From the NCBI GenBank assembly GCA_910592345.1, contig CAJVPI010000208.1:1-42469 (forward strand): 42,469 nucleotides of DNA, given 5' to 3'. The notes under the pieces are model-generated. The model was not told the origin of the DNA. It was given only the letters and a program-made list of their open reading frames with translations, and searched no databases. Source of the DNA: Paraglomus brasilianum. Its lineage: Eukaryota. Made by a program: the position numbers and the translations under genes. Below are positions 12,501-24,970 of the stretch, piece by piece (position 1 is the stretch's first letter; the number at the start of each line of letters is the position of its first letter).

Positions 12501-15500
12501 ATGGCTCACGCACCACCCTCGGGAGGAGTACAACTGACGGAGTTCGTCAAGAGGCCTGGCCTTGGCCGTGAAGGACGCCCACTTAAAGTGCGAGCAAATT
12601 TTTTCGAGGTCCTTTCGCTCCCCCAACAGGACCTTCATCATTACGATGTGACAATAACGCCGGATGTCCCCCCGGCTTTAAACAGACGTATATTTCAACA
12701 GTTCGAGGACATGTATCGCGCCGACCTCGCAAATATAAAGACCGTGTTTGATGGTACGTTTGCTAATACTTGTCCAGTAGCTTGCTTCATGTGCGTCACG
12801 TGTTCTTATACAAGCGCGACTGATTGCTATCGGTTTGCTCGGTTGCACCGTTTTATTCGATAACCTGTGGCAAGGGAGAAAGCATCTATGTAGTCTGCAA
12901 TTCGTGTTTATCGCCTCTTGATTTTAGCACCCTTTTTTACTTTAAGACACGCGTCGAATTTATTTGACTACATACTCGTCTCTAACCCTGTGCTTATCGT
13001 AGGTCGCAAAAATATATTTGCCCCCAAACCGCTGCCCTTTGGCGACGCGAGAACTTTCGAGGTGAGGCCAAATAACTTATCAACTGCACAGTATTTCAAT
13101 AAAAAACAAACATATTTAGTTATGCGACGCGTTTGTTTCAAATAGCTCACTTTACCAGAGGACGATGGTATAACGAGCTCCAAGCGTCCGCCGAGGAATT
13201 TCGTCATAAAGATGAAAAAAGCGGGCGCCATCAGAATGGAGGTGCTGCACCGTTTTCTCGATAACAAACAAGGTTTGACGAACGATTGTCTAACCGGTAA
13301 GGGCGAGCTATCCCCGATGGTGGTATCTATTCCGTATTATATATTCATAGTTATCTGATAACTCCATCTTTATTCTCAGGTATAATGGCCCTTGACGTGT
13401 TAATCCGTCATAAACCATCTATGGAACATACAACTGTGGGGCGATCTTTTTATACACCACAAGGCTCTAAGCCTCTATTTGGAGGTGTGGAAGTATGGCA
13501 GGGATATTATCAGTCTGCCCGCCCTACGCCACGTATGCACTATTCTAGTCTTTGTATCTGTGGTTATTTAAATTAGTTCTTAACTTTTTTCCGGGAAGAC
13601 AATTTATATAATTTCTATATATATATATTTTCTTCTCTCTACAGGAAAGATGATGATCAACATTGACTTGAGCGCTACAGCCTTCTATGAGGGCGGGCCT
13701 CTTGTTCAAATGGTAGCAAAGGTGTTGAACAAGCGAAATGTCGATGAGCTACGGAGAGGTTTAAACGACCGCGATCGTGTGAAGGTTGAAAAGGCGATCA
13801 AAAATTTGAAAATTTGCGTGACTCATCGTGGCGAGACGACCAAGAAGCGAAGATTTAAGATTATGAAACTTACACCAAGTCCAGCAAGCCACACAAAATT
13901 TGATGCGGGCGAACAGGGAACCATGGACGTCGCGACGTACTTTACCAAACAGTATAATACACGTTTGGGTTTTGCGTCTTTACCATGCGTGGTCGTGAGA
14001 AAGAATGTATTTTTGCCCATGGAAGTCTGCGAGGTCATTCCGGTAAGTCAAGTCGATACTATTCACTGACTGATTATTTTGCATATTCACAAATCTAATC
14101 CGGCTACTTATGAAGGGCCAACGTCATATAAGAAAGCTTAATGACCGACAAACGGCGGATATGATAAAATTCACGTGCCAACAGCCTCAAATGCGAGCAA
14201 ATAAAATCCGACAGGGGTTGGACATACTGAGTTATAGGACAAATGAGTATATGCAACAATTTGGTATGCGTGTTGCAAACGAAATGACAGTCGTAAGTAC
14301 ACGTGTTTTTATATGGTACTTCCCACGCTGGTTCATCATCAATATAATAATATTCTAACGTTCACTCTATTTCCTAGGTTGATGCACGAGTACTACCAGT
14401 ACCTACACTTAATTACCATGCATCGTCGACTGAGGCGTCCTTTGTTCCGAACGGTGGTGTATGGAATCTTAGGGGTAAGCGCGTGGCGACTGGAGCTACA
14501 CTTGGCTCTTGGGCAGTTATCGCCTTTGATCGGGAAGACGATTTGCGGATGAATACAATCCGGGGGTTCGTTCAAGAATTGGCGGTGACTTGCCAGGATA
14601 CTGGCATGGTTAGTAAAACAACGTAGAACTTAATGAATCGATATTTGAAAAAAACCATTGACAAAAACTTGCTATATTTTTTTTCCAGAACATCATGAAT
14701 AAATCCCCACCAATTATGTACGCTAATCCGCAGGGAGACATAGAAAATGCGTTGAAGCAAGCATGGCTTCGTGCTGGAAATGCCGCTAAGGCACAGCCTC
14801 AATTAATTTTGTGTATATTGCCAAATACTGGTGTGCCGCTTTATGCTGAGATTAAGCGAGTGAGCGATACGGTAATTGGTGTTGCTACGCAGTGCGTCCA
14901 AAAGAAGCACACTATGCGACCGAACAAGCAATATTGTGCGAATGTGTGTCTCAAGATTAATGTAAAGCTTGGAGGCATGAACTCATTCCTCAAAGCCCAA
15001 GACATTCCATTCATTTCGGATCGTCCGACGATCCTTATGGGTGCTGATGTGACACATCCCGCGCCTGGTAAGAGATAATAATTGTTGTAATGCTAAAGTA
15101 ATTCCTAAAATTCTAATCTGTTTCTATTGGTGTTGATAGGAGCGTCCAGTAACACTAGACCCTCCATTGCGTCCCTGTGCGCTTCCATGGACGCGAAGGC
15201 TTCAAGATACGCTGCATCAATCAGGGTGCAAGCGGGCCGTGAAGAAATAATTGTTGATTTAGTCAACATGGCCAAAGAATTGCTGAAAACGTTTTATCAA
15301 ACATGCGGGCGCAAGCCAGAGCGTATCTTGTTTTATCGCGACGGTGTTTCTGAGGGACAGTTTGCCGCCGTATTAAACAGTGAGATCAAGGCTGTAAAAG
15401 GTAAGAATGAAGAGATACATATATATAGAATTCATTCGGTGGCATTAACAACTTCTGACTATATCTTGGTTTGGGTTTTTTTCCCCAATAAAGCTGCTTG

Positions 15501-16292
15501 CCAGGCGCTCGATGCGCAATACAAGCCGACAATAACATTTGTCGTGGTCCAGAAGAGACATCATACTCGTTTCTTCCCGATGAATAAGAACGAGAGTGAT
15601 CGCAGTGGCAATTGTATGCCAGGAACGGTCGTGGAAACGACTATCATACACCCGTCCGAATTTGACTTTTGTAAGTATTTGAGCGTATAATTCGTGAAGA
15701 GTTCAAGCCTGATAGTAACCATCAACATCGTATTTCGTTACTTTCAGATCTTCAAAGCCATCCGGGTTTGCAGGGCACAAGTCGCCCAACGCACTATCAC
15801 GTTTTGTATGATGAGAACAATTTCAACGCCGACAGGTAAACGTTATTACTGCTTGTGGTATGCGTGTTATTAACAACTGCGTCTTTCTGAACTATATATA
15901 TTATTATTTACAATTAATCCAGCCTACAAACGTTGTCTTATAATTTGTGTTATCTGTATGCTCGTTGTACGCGAGTAGTATCTCTCGTAAGTGTTATTTT
16001 ACGTTCAATTATTCACAATATTTCTAGTTGACTTATATTGTAACATACACTTGCAGGTGCCTCCCGTGTACTACGCGGATCTCGTTTGTTCTCGTGCAAG
16101 GTTTCATAGTCGGGGGGAGAATTGGTCCGATACCGAGTCGTCCGAGGAAGGAACGGGCTCCGCTTCAAGTTTTGGAGTCGTCAAACCTGACCTCCAAAAG
16201 GTACATACATATTTGGTTTGTTTGCTGCACTTTGTTTATACTTATCGATACTGACTTTGGTCTATGTCTTGTAGGTGATGTACTTCATGTGA
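12501..16292 (+). CDS. ago: Argonaute (AGO clade), 850 aa, 14 exons, DEDD catalytic tetrad
   Basis: Exons 12501-12753, 13003-13061, 13146-13296, 13380-13532, 13645-14042, 14116-14292, 14378-14608, 14689-15067, 15140-15400, 15494-15670, 15748-15835, 15923-15986, 16057-16200, 16275-16292 (2553 nt). Motifs RPGLG..GR...[37 protein letters not shown] / [10 protein letters not shown] / QGTSRPTHY / PVYYADL, C-terminal MYFM. Confidence 0.97.
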
Positions 16293-16538
16293 AGACATAA
16301 CCAGTAAATACTCCATGGCACCTTTAATTGACTTCTCTACAAGTCGATAGATTAGTGTATGGGATAGCAATCGCTTTAGTTTTTTGTAGAAAAGTCTGCT
16401 TTTTTTTTTTTTTTAATATTGCTGTGTACAGAAAAAATTTGTATGAAATAAAAATGGAAGTATTTCATCCATAAATAAATTCACGTGACATTGTAAGTAG
16501 AATCTCAGGGCCTGATTTTTTGATACCGACTTTTTTCG

Positions 16539-17517
16539 ATGAATTCTCTTATTCTGCCGTATATATATCTCTCAAAAATTCAATATGGTCAAGCACTACG
16601 TCTACAAAATCATCTCGTTCAGGCTAGATTTAAACCACATGATGCTATAAAGAAGTCATTGAACAGGAACGAGTATTCGACCACTGATTTGCTTATATTA
16701 TTACAACATCCGCATACATATACAACAGGAAGAAGAGACAAAGGGAGAACTTCAAAAGATGAGGAGAGATTACGGGGGCTTGGGGCCGACTATTATGAGG
16801 TATCATCTATTTATCCTCTTGTTTGTATATCAAGCATTTGAGACTGACGATATTTACAATGTAGTAGACTTTACGAGGCGGGCAAATGACATTCCATGGA
16901 CCCGGCCAATTGGTTGGTTATCCTATTCTGGATTTGAACAATTACGAGGTATGTTACATTGACAAGTTAATCCGATACTGGGTCCAGATATTCTAATGCT
17001 TATCTTCTATCTTGTTGTTCCAAGCTATCTGTCAGAGACTACGTTGCAGGCATAGAACGCACAATTATAAACACTTGCGCTGAACTCGACATAGATGCGA
17101 AAGTGACAAAAGATACTGGCGTTTGGGTTGGAGACGAGAAAATATGTGCAATTGGTATTGATTATTTGTAACGCATGACGTGTAAAACGATTACATCTAA
17201 CTGAATTCTAATCAGGTATTCAAGTGCGAAGATACCTGACGATGCACGGATTTGCTCTTAACTGTAATAATGACATGAGATGGTTTGAACACATTGTCCC
17301 TTGCGGATTACAAAACAAAGGAACAACATCTATTTCTCTAGTGAAGAATGAAGATGTTACTGTTGAGAACGTGATTCCAGTGTTATGTAAAAATTTTGGG
17401 CAGGTATTTGATAGAACAGTTAAGCCACTTGTAACGGTAAGAGATTCGTTTAGATACCTTGTCGAGTTGCTCGAATCATCTAATATCATCGAGGTACCAT
17501 TGCAACAAGAGGATTAG
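16539..17517 (+). CDS. LIP2: Lipoyl(octanoyl)transferase, LipB/Lip2 family (257 aa)
   Basis: Exons 16539-16799, 16868-16948, 17025-17154, 17216-17517 (774 nt). Motifs [33 protein letters not shown]...KICAIG, HGFALN, IVPCGL. Confidence 0.95.
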
Positions 17518-17768
17518 TGGTGAAAACGCGCTATTATTCATCAGACAGTTTGTATTTCATTGAATATCTGTTACACTTTGCATCCAAGTAACTGATTCAA
17601 TTAATAATTATCTTGGTTCGTATTAAATATCAAACGATGGATCTTCTAGTACATATATCTGAGTCATATGCATTATGACCTTTGAAACGTTTGAAATACT
17701 ATATGAAGAAACAATACTTTACATCGTCAGTCTATTTATATGAACTGCGGTTATAGTCCAAATTAAGT

Positions 17769-20488
17769 CTATTCTAAATCTTTTGCAAGTCCCTTATTGT
17801 TTTTGTCCACATTCATCGTCCTTCCTGCTCGGCTGTTCGGTCTGTTGAAACCTGTTATCCCTCCCACCGAGCCCATATCCACCGATGAATGATTGCTATG
17901 GTACCCAACACCGCTACCTCCAACAGGTTGTATTGAATTACGTGGTGATGTTGTCGAAGGAAAGTTATATGCCCTTGGTATGGTTGATGATGAATAAGAT
18001 AATAGAGATGCCAAATGAGTCACGTGGTCTAACTGCCCGGAATCCGAAGCCTCATATTCAATAATATTATCATCATTATTAACATCGTTCTTCCGTACAC
18101 CGCCGAGCAGTAGGGATGGAGTGGATCGAGCACGGGTCGATGAATATCCTGGATTACCGTTGTTACTATTACCGCTCATTATATTAATGGTAGTCGAGCT
18201 TGTATTACGAGACTGTAATCCGTTCAGAGATAATGGGCCTGGCGTAGATGCTGATAAAACCTCAGCCTCAACAATGCCCTCGTGCGGACTACCCGGAGCA
18301 ACACTATCGCCGCTCAACCTCTTCTTCGGATATCTGGATTGGAATACATTCTCGCCCACAGAAGTTTGAGACTCTTGAATAGCACTTCCTGCGTCTGTTG
18401 GTCGAAGATGGATGTCATCTTCGCCGGATATTCCACTCCCGAACACATGTTCACTGGAATCGGCCCCTTTTTTAGAGGAAAATGGTCTAAATTGTGGCTT
18501 AAACCGATTAATCCACACTTTCATAACGATATGCATCATCTTCACAGTGTTTAATATACGCCAACTAGGAGCCGAGTTAGATTGTCCTCCGTCTATAATG
18601 CTGTAATCGGAACTGTCTCGCCTACATGGCGATGAAAAGCACGCATGCAAACATGAAAACATCCTCCTCCTTACATTTCCATTCTTACGAAGATAGAAGA
18701 AGACTCCGCTTGTAAAAAATACCAGTAGAAATATCAACATTACAAAGTAGTTATCAAATACAAACGTCGAATCTTTTACATCAGGTGGTGGCGTTATAAT
18801 ATGTGTCGGTGGAGGTGGAGGTATTGAACGAGATACCTCCATTACCATCATACCTAGCGTCCAGCTTACTTGTATCTTATTAATATCCTTGACACTCCGG
18901 AAGGGTGGGTTATCCTCACCAACAACATTGTCTACATCACTGTCATTAGGAATCCCAATTCCATCATGCAGAAAGTTCACTAACCACGCAGACTTAAAAC
19001 ATTGCATCTCTAGCCGCTGTATATCAATATCAGGATATTTATCTAAGATGTCATCCCAATATAATGAGCAGTAGTCAGCCGCCTTCTCCTCAAATACTTC
19101 ATAATTCCATTCACCTCCTAACTTAAGAACATCATCAGCAGTATACCAGTACTCAGATACACCGACAAACCGGTTTACGGAGAAGTCTATGTTGGGTGCG
19201 TGCACTCCATTAAACAAGCAAGGTGAATCGTTGCAAGGTACCGTCTTGTTTAGCAATGGAAGCGTTTGTTCAAGACAATCCCTAAAGGAACCAGTTCCTT
19301 GAAAGGCATGATAAGGAGGAGGACGAGATGTATCAGTGAGAAGTAAATTCTTTGGTATACAAGGATCCTTGATTATTGTGGTTATCTGTTCACGTGCTGT
19401 TCCTGGATTCTTGATCTCTGTACGAGTACCATTATAACTGTTAATTCGCATCTCCACATATCTCCGACGGGCCTCGTTAGTTCCAAAGCCCAGAAATGTG
19501 GTGACAAACACGTAATAATCTAATTTCTTCTCATCAAGAGTGTAAAGAGTTACAGTTTCCAAATCTTTTTGATGTTTTTGAGCCTCTATCGAATTAGGTT
19601 CAAATGCAATTTGTGCGCTAGCGCCACCCATATCTAAGAAACCGAAGGTAGTGATGTGTTTGTTGGCTCCTGAAAGATCTTTAACGTCATGAGGCGTAAA
19701 ATGTTCAACATTATCGGTAGTAAATCCGCCCAATTTATAATTCACAGCAAGCCAGCCGTATACTCCTTCCATTTTACCCGAGATTACTTTGATCCGGTCT
19801 TTACATTTGTCCAATCGGAAATGATAATAAGTTCGAATGTAAGCACACGCACTATCTAAAATTTGCTTTTGTTGCTCATTAGTTAAAAGACGCATTCCTG
19901 CTGTAGCGAATAAATATACTGGAGTGTCGACAATCTTATTCTGTGGGACGACTTCAAGCGCAAAATCCAACAGCTGTCTAAGATGATGATCCCCAACATC
20001 CATCGGTTTTTCGACAAAGGAAGATATCCCTAAACGACCGAATTGGTTGTCGGAAAGGTCGTTGTTAGTTGTGAAAGTCTATAAATATTTAAAGTTTCGG
20101 ATTGAACGTAATCCGTACTAAAGCAAAATGACTTGTTTCACGGTTTGGGATAGATTCTAGATTCCCAATTCCGTTCTTCAAAGTGAGTCAGTCTATCATT
20201 GACTACACCCTCTAATAAACTACTATCAATTAACGAAAGCAGAGTGGGAAGTTTAAACAGACCCAAATGACAAATCCATTTCATACCTGGTTCTACCTTA
20301 TACTGCCATTTCTCCCCTAATTCGTCAGCAAGTTCGATGTTCGGCAGAGCATGAAGATTGTCATTTTGCTCGCGCACAAATCTATGGTCTTTCCAAGAGT
20401 ATATTTGTATTCTAGAACCAGAGCTACCTGCATCTATGACAGCACCGTAGTTTCGGTTTGACTTCCAAGAACTTCCAACAGCAGGCAT
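17769..20488 (-). CDS. YND1: Golgi apyrase of the GDA1/CD39 family, Ynd1-type (~820 aa)
   Basis: Exons 20488-20287 and 20029-17769. Apyrase regions DAGSSGSR, ATAGMR, EGVYGW, DMGGAS, SWTLG, then a TM helix and a long Ser-rich cytosolic tail (Ynd1 topology). Start at MPAVG is inferred. Confidence 0.93.
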
Positions 20489-23400
20489 TAGAGCGTCAGA
20501 GTCAAACACTTCACGGTGGAGCTTCTATTTATTTCTGTTCGAAGACAAGATAGAAGTCCGAACCTACTGCTATTTACGGCAGGTATCATCATGACAAGAA
20601 TAGATAGATCAACAGCCATAGTTCGATGCTTTTTATTAATGGTAATGGTAGCGCCACATACCCTGGCTTATCAACTATATTGCTGTGATTACTTTTGTAT
20701 AGAAATTTATTCTTCATTTTATGTATTGCGGGACAGCTTGTTTACACGAGTGAGTTGGTATATTTTCAATACACAATGAGTCTTGATATAACGAAACCTG
20801 TATATATGTACAATGACGAAGTTATTAAAACCCTAGTCACTATTACTGGCCCCAAGTCTATTGATTAATAAAAACATAACGAAGTTGTTCTGATAACAAA
20901 CTTCCTATAATTTCGACCATCACAATTCTTATCCCATGATAAATCCTAATATGCTCGTGTTGATTCTCGTTCATGATGGTTAAGAAATTTAAGGCAAGTG
21001 CTGTAATGACAGCCCGTTGAATATGACAATTTCAGTTCTGATGCATTTGAACGTGTCAAAATGGATTCCCTTACAAAGTAACTTGTCAGATTCACTTTGA
21101 GAGAGAAGGATTTGTAATCTATACTCGCAACTTGCCTGCGACAAATAACTTGCATTAATGTATGTTGGCTAGCCCATATGAGAAGTATTAAGGCCGGACA
21201 AGGTGGAAGTAATAATAACGCAACCGAATTTAGAGTTCAAATGTTGAATCCGCAATGATGTCGATTTGTAGGCAGCTTTTCAAGCAATGCGATGGTACAC
21301 AATGATAACTAGTTTTAGTAGATACATTCAACAAACGTTCAAATAATATCACTACGACTAATGAGAATATTGGAAATAATCAAATGTAATGGAACCTTCT
21401 GGGTGGCGAGGCATTTAGAAGAATAATTGTGGCGTCACTTTCAAGAATCCATTTTGGAGCACGGGTAAAATTGAAAGCATTTGCTAAATCGGTTATCCAT
21501 TTTTAGCTAATATTCATTATACATGTAACTTGCATCAATTTAGCTTAACATGGCGAAATAGATAACATGGACAGAGAATACAACCGTTTGTGTAATGAAA
21601 GAACTGGAATATGAAAAAACACGTCAACAATTGATAGAAACAATCATTAATACAGTATGTAACACTTATTCTCCCATCCTCGTAATGAGCTTAACGTCAG
21701 AGTTGTGAATATAAACATGAAATGCAAGTGTTGTAATAATTTAGTAATGCGTGCGTGTTTATATACTGACGCAAGTAAATTTAATGTTACAACAAAGAGC
21801 TGTAGTTTGGCGTCGATATTATCTTGAAACTACGAAATTAATGAGCGCAGTCGCCGACAAAATTCCGTATTTGCTACTGGACATTGAATGCTAGCCATAT
21901 CGGAATCTGACGCATTTAAACAGCGAAATCATATTCCAAACTTTTACCTAGGTAACGCTTGCAACTTGTGTAAATTTATTACGTAATATTAAAGTAATTG
22001 TAACAGCTGCTAATAGTCTTTCAAAATTATAGAAAGCAGGGCATTTTATTCTCACTTCGTTATTTTGCTTTAAGCCAAGGAAGCTAGTGTTAACATTAAC
22101 TTACAATTTACAAGATAGGACTAAGACATTTTTCGCTAATGTTAAAGAGGCAATTAATTTTTGCTTTACATACACTTTATTTGAACGCTCGGGTGTTGTT
22201 GATTTGATCTTTAGGCTTTTGCAGTCTCTCGAAGTCTAATCTCCCTGCCTCTTTAACTACTCTCTCTCAAATTGCTACTTTATCTTATGGTTGGGAGTTC
22301 TCGATCTAATAGAAATTCGATAGGCGTATTGGCTTGTATTCTGTGAGCTAGACTGCATATTTAAGCACGCAAACGCTTGGTTTGATTCGTTATGGATTAC
22401 TGAACTAAAAAACGGTTAAACTTAATGTGCAAGCGTTAATTCACTCGCTTAAGCAGTAGCACGTTCTAAATATAAAGGAAAACAAGTTGCTTAGAAGCTA
22501 TGCCAAATAACAGATTTCGGTCGTGTTTGCTTATTGTGACAACAACATTGTTGACTGATATGGCTAACAGCCATTCCAATCAAAAAAGCAGTAACTCAGT
22601 TATAAGTGCTGCGTGTATATCGAACCCAAAAGCCGCTACTAAAAAAAACTTGTGGTTTAAATTTTGTATTTGATACCGAAATAAAAACAAAATAAATTTG
22701 TCAATAATATGATAAGAGCAAACTCATCAGCGTATTTCTGACCAACACGCACAATGGCTAATTAGGTAGAATTGAGATGGGTTATGGCTTTGTAATGTGC
22801 AAGTGCCAGATATCTAATTTATTATACCACTTCATTCTTGGTATAAAGTTTTCGAAACAGTTCATATTAAGTAGAAAATGGTTACACATGACAACAATTG
22901 AATTAGTACAACTTTCATCTAACAACGAACTTTGTATTATTTATTTACCTAATAAGGCTTGTTTTGACATATTGCCTCAATTTATAAAACTAAAGACAAA
23001 TGCGGCAAGTATGCGATTTTAAGCCAACAGAAAATAACATCAAGTAAGGGGGAATGAAACAAACTTACCAAAAATATACAATAAACGTTCATCAAAGGTA
23101 AGGCTAGAAAAATTGTTTATAAGAGATATAAACAAACAACTTGCAATTGCAATCAAGAAACCGAAAAATGTATAGTAGTTGAATTACAGTATATGTTACA
23201 AACTCTTGTTATAGTCAACATTATACAACTTGGCTTGTGTGTCACGTTTTTTCTTCGATATACTGTATAACGATAATAGATAAACTTGTGACTCTTAAGT
23301 ATATGTATGTATACACAATAACATGACGTCATAATTACACCCCGTTAGTCTGCCACCAAACTTGTTTAATTTTTTTATACAATTTTATTTCACCAATATT

Positions 23401-24034
23401 GTGCGAAATTTTAAAAAAAAAGTACAAGAAAAGATAAAAAAGAAAGAAAGCAATAGAAAAAAAGAAGAGATAATAAATGAGAACGATATAAACAAAATAA
23501 TATGAATAAAAAAAAGATGAAAATATGAATACGAGGCACTATTACACCTACACCTAATCCTTCCAAAAAAAAAACAATTTCAAATTTTAAACGCTAATAA
23601 ATCCATATTAATGCTACTGTAACTTTAAACCATAATATATGTCTCACAATGAATCATTAGGAATGGAATCAGCCATCGTAAAGATAAAAAGAATAAACAT
23701 AAATAGTTTTCAAAAAACAACAACATAATAACCTTAGTTAAAAATAAATATCGTAAGAAAATTATGTATAAACTTAAAAATTTAAAGCATATATAATATA
23801 TATAGCGTATTGATATGATGATAGGTTGTATAAATTGGAGTTAATAAATCATTGTGAGACAGCCACTAAGTAGACAAACAACCACTTTCCCTTTGAATGT
23901 ACATAACCACTCGAATAGACCTCGACTTCTCGAATTTGAGAATATTAAATACAGAAAAGAAAAATGAAAAAAAAAATAATATGAAAAAAAAAATATATCG
24001 GTTTACTAAAAGAGGTTCGATACATTTGTTGCAA

Positions 24035-24354
24035 TCAGACCAGCTGAGCAACTCTAAATAGAATAATTTAAGTAATTGTGAGCACAGCTGTAATTACGTT
24101 ATCAAGAAGCAATTATATAGCTCAAGAAGCGAACGTACCTTAAGCAGCATTCCCGAGGAGAACGCGTTTTTAGTTTCTCTGATATTAGCAACCATTCATT
24201 TTGATACCTCACATAGTAATAAAGTAAGCAATAATCTTCCTGATAATATAAATAGAACGATTGAAAATTGTTTGCAATCTGTGAGCGAGAATGGCTGAAA
24301 GGTTGATAACGGTAAATAAACACTGCATACTTGTTTAGTCCAGTTGGGACGCAT
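24035..24354 (-). CDS. Single-repeat Myb microprotein A (47 aa): MRPNWTKQEDYCLLYYYVRYQNEWLLISEKLKTRSPRECCLRVAQLV
   Basis: Exons 24354-24331 (24 nt), 24239-24139 (101 nt), 24053-24035 (19 nt), both introns GT-AG. Myb W-x18-W spacing with WxxxED..L. Same exon architecture as 28201-28517 and as the first repeat of the gene at 40007. TATTTAAA upstream. Confidence 0.85.
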
Positions 24355-24494
24355 TATGATCTGATTGATGAATTTTTCGTTGACCAAAGTTGTGAAAATT
24401 TGAGTTTTTTTCTTCTTGGATTGATTTCTTGAATATTTGTTTGTATCAGACTTTGTTTAGCTGATGAGATTTCTCTACGTCTTTACGGCTTGCC

Positions 24495-24970
24495 TTTAAA
24501 TATCTTCTCGGCGCATTCTTCCCGCGCTTTCCCGCCAAGAGTGGTTTAGGTCAACATATTACTATTGTTCTGCTATTTAATTTTGAAATAATTGTATTAC
24601 TCGTTAAATGCGGTTAAAGTTTTCACCAGCATTTTCCCGCCATTATTTTTAGTACATCCATTGTTTAGCATAGTCAATAGGTCAATCAAAAATTGATACT
24701 CGGTTACTCTATTGTTATTTTGGCGGTAAATACGAGGACGTTGTTTACACTTCTATTGAAAGAGAACAATAGGATTACAAATTAAATATACAGTGCTAAA
24801 TGAATTTAGTTTAAATACATTATACCGTATTGTTTGTTTATTTTAGTCACTAATAAATTCTCTTATTCGGAACTATCACAATATGACGCGAAACAAAGCT
24901 ATATCTTTGTTTGTGGATTACTCCGAAAGTAAATCGGCCTATTTTTTTTGCATAACTCCCCCCCATTGTT
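24495..24970 (-). promoter_or_regulatory. Putative promoter of microprotein A with E2F-like, HMG-box-like and Myb-core motifs
   Basis: TATTTAAA (24502-24495). TTCCCGCG 24519, TTTCCCGCC 24528, TTTTCCCGCC 24632, TTTTGGCGG 24718. ATTGTT/AACAAT at 24564, 24660, 24711, 24765, 24829, 24965. CGGTTA at 24611 and 24701. Confidence 0.55.

Noticed and set aside
12754..13002. snoRNA in the long first intron of Argonaute
   Set aside because: No C box (RUGAUGA) paired with a terminal D box, and no convincing H/ACA double hairpin.
12501..20488. AGO-LIP2-apyrase as a functional or defence gene cluster (by analogy to prokaryotic Argonaute operons)
   Set aside because: All are ordinary intron-containing eukaryotic housekeeping genes; nothing beyond adjacency links them.
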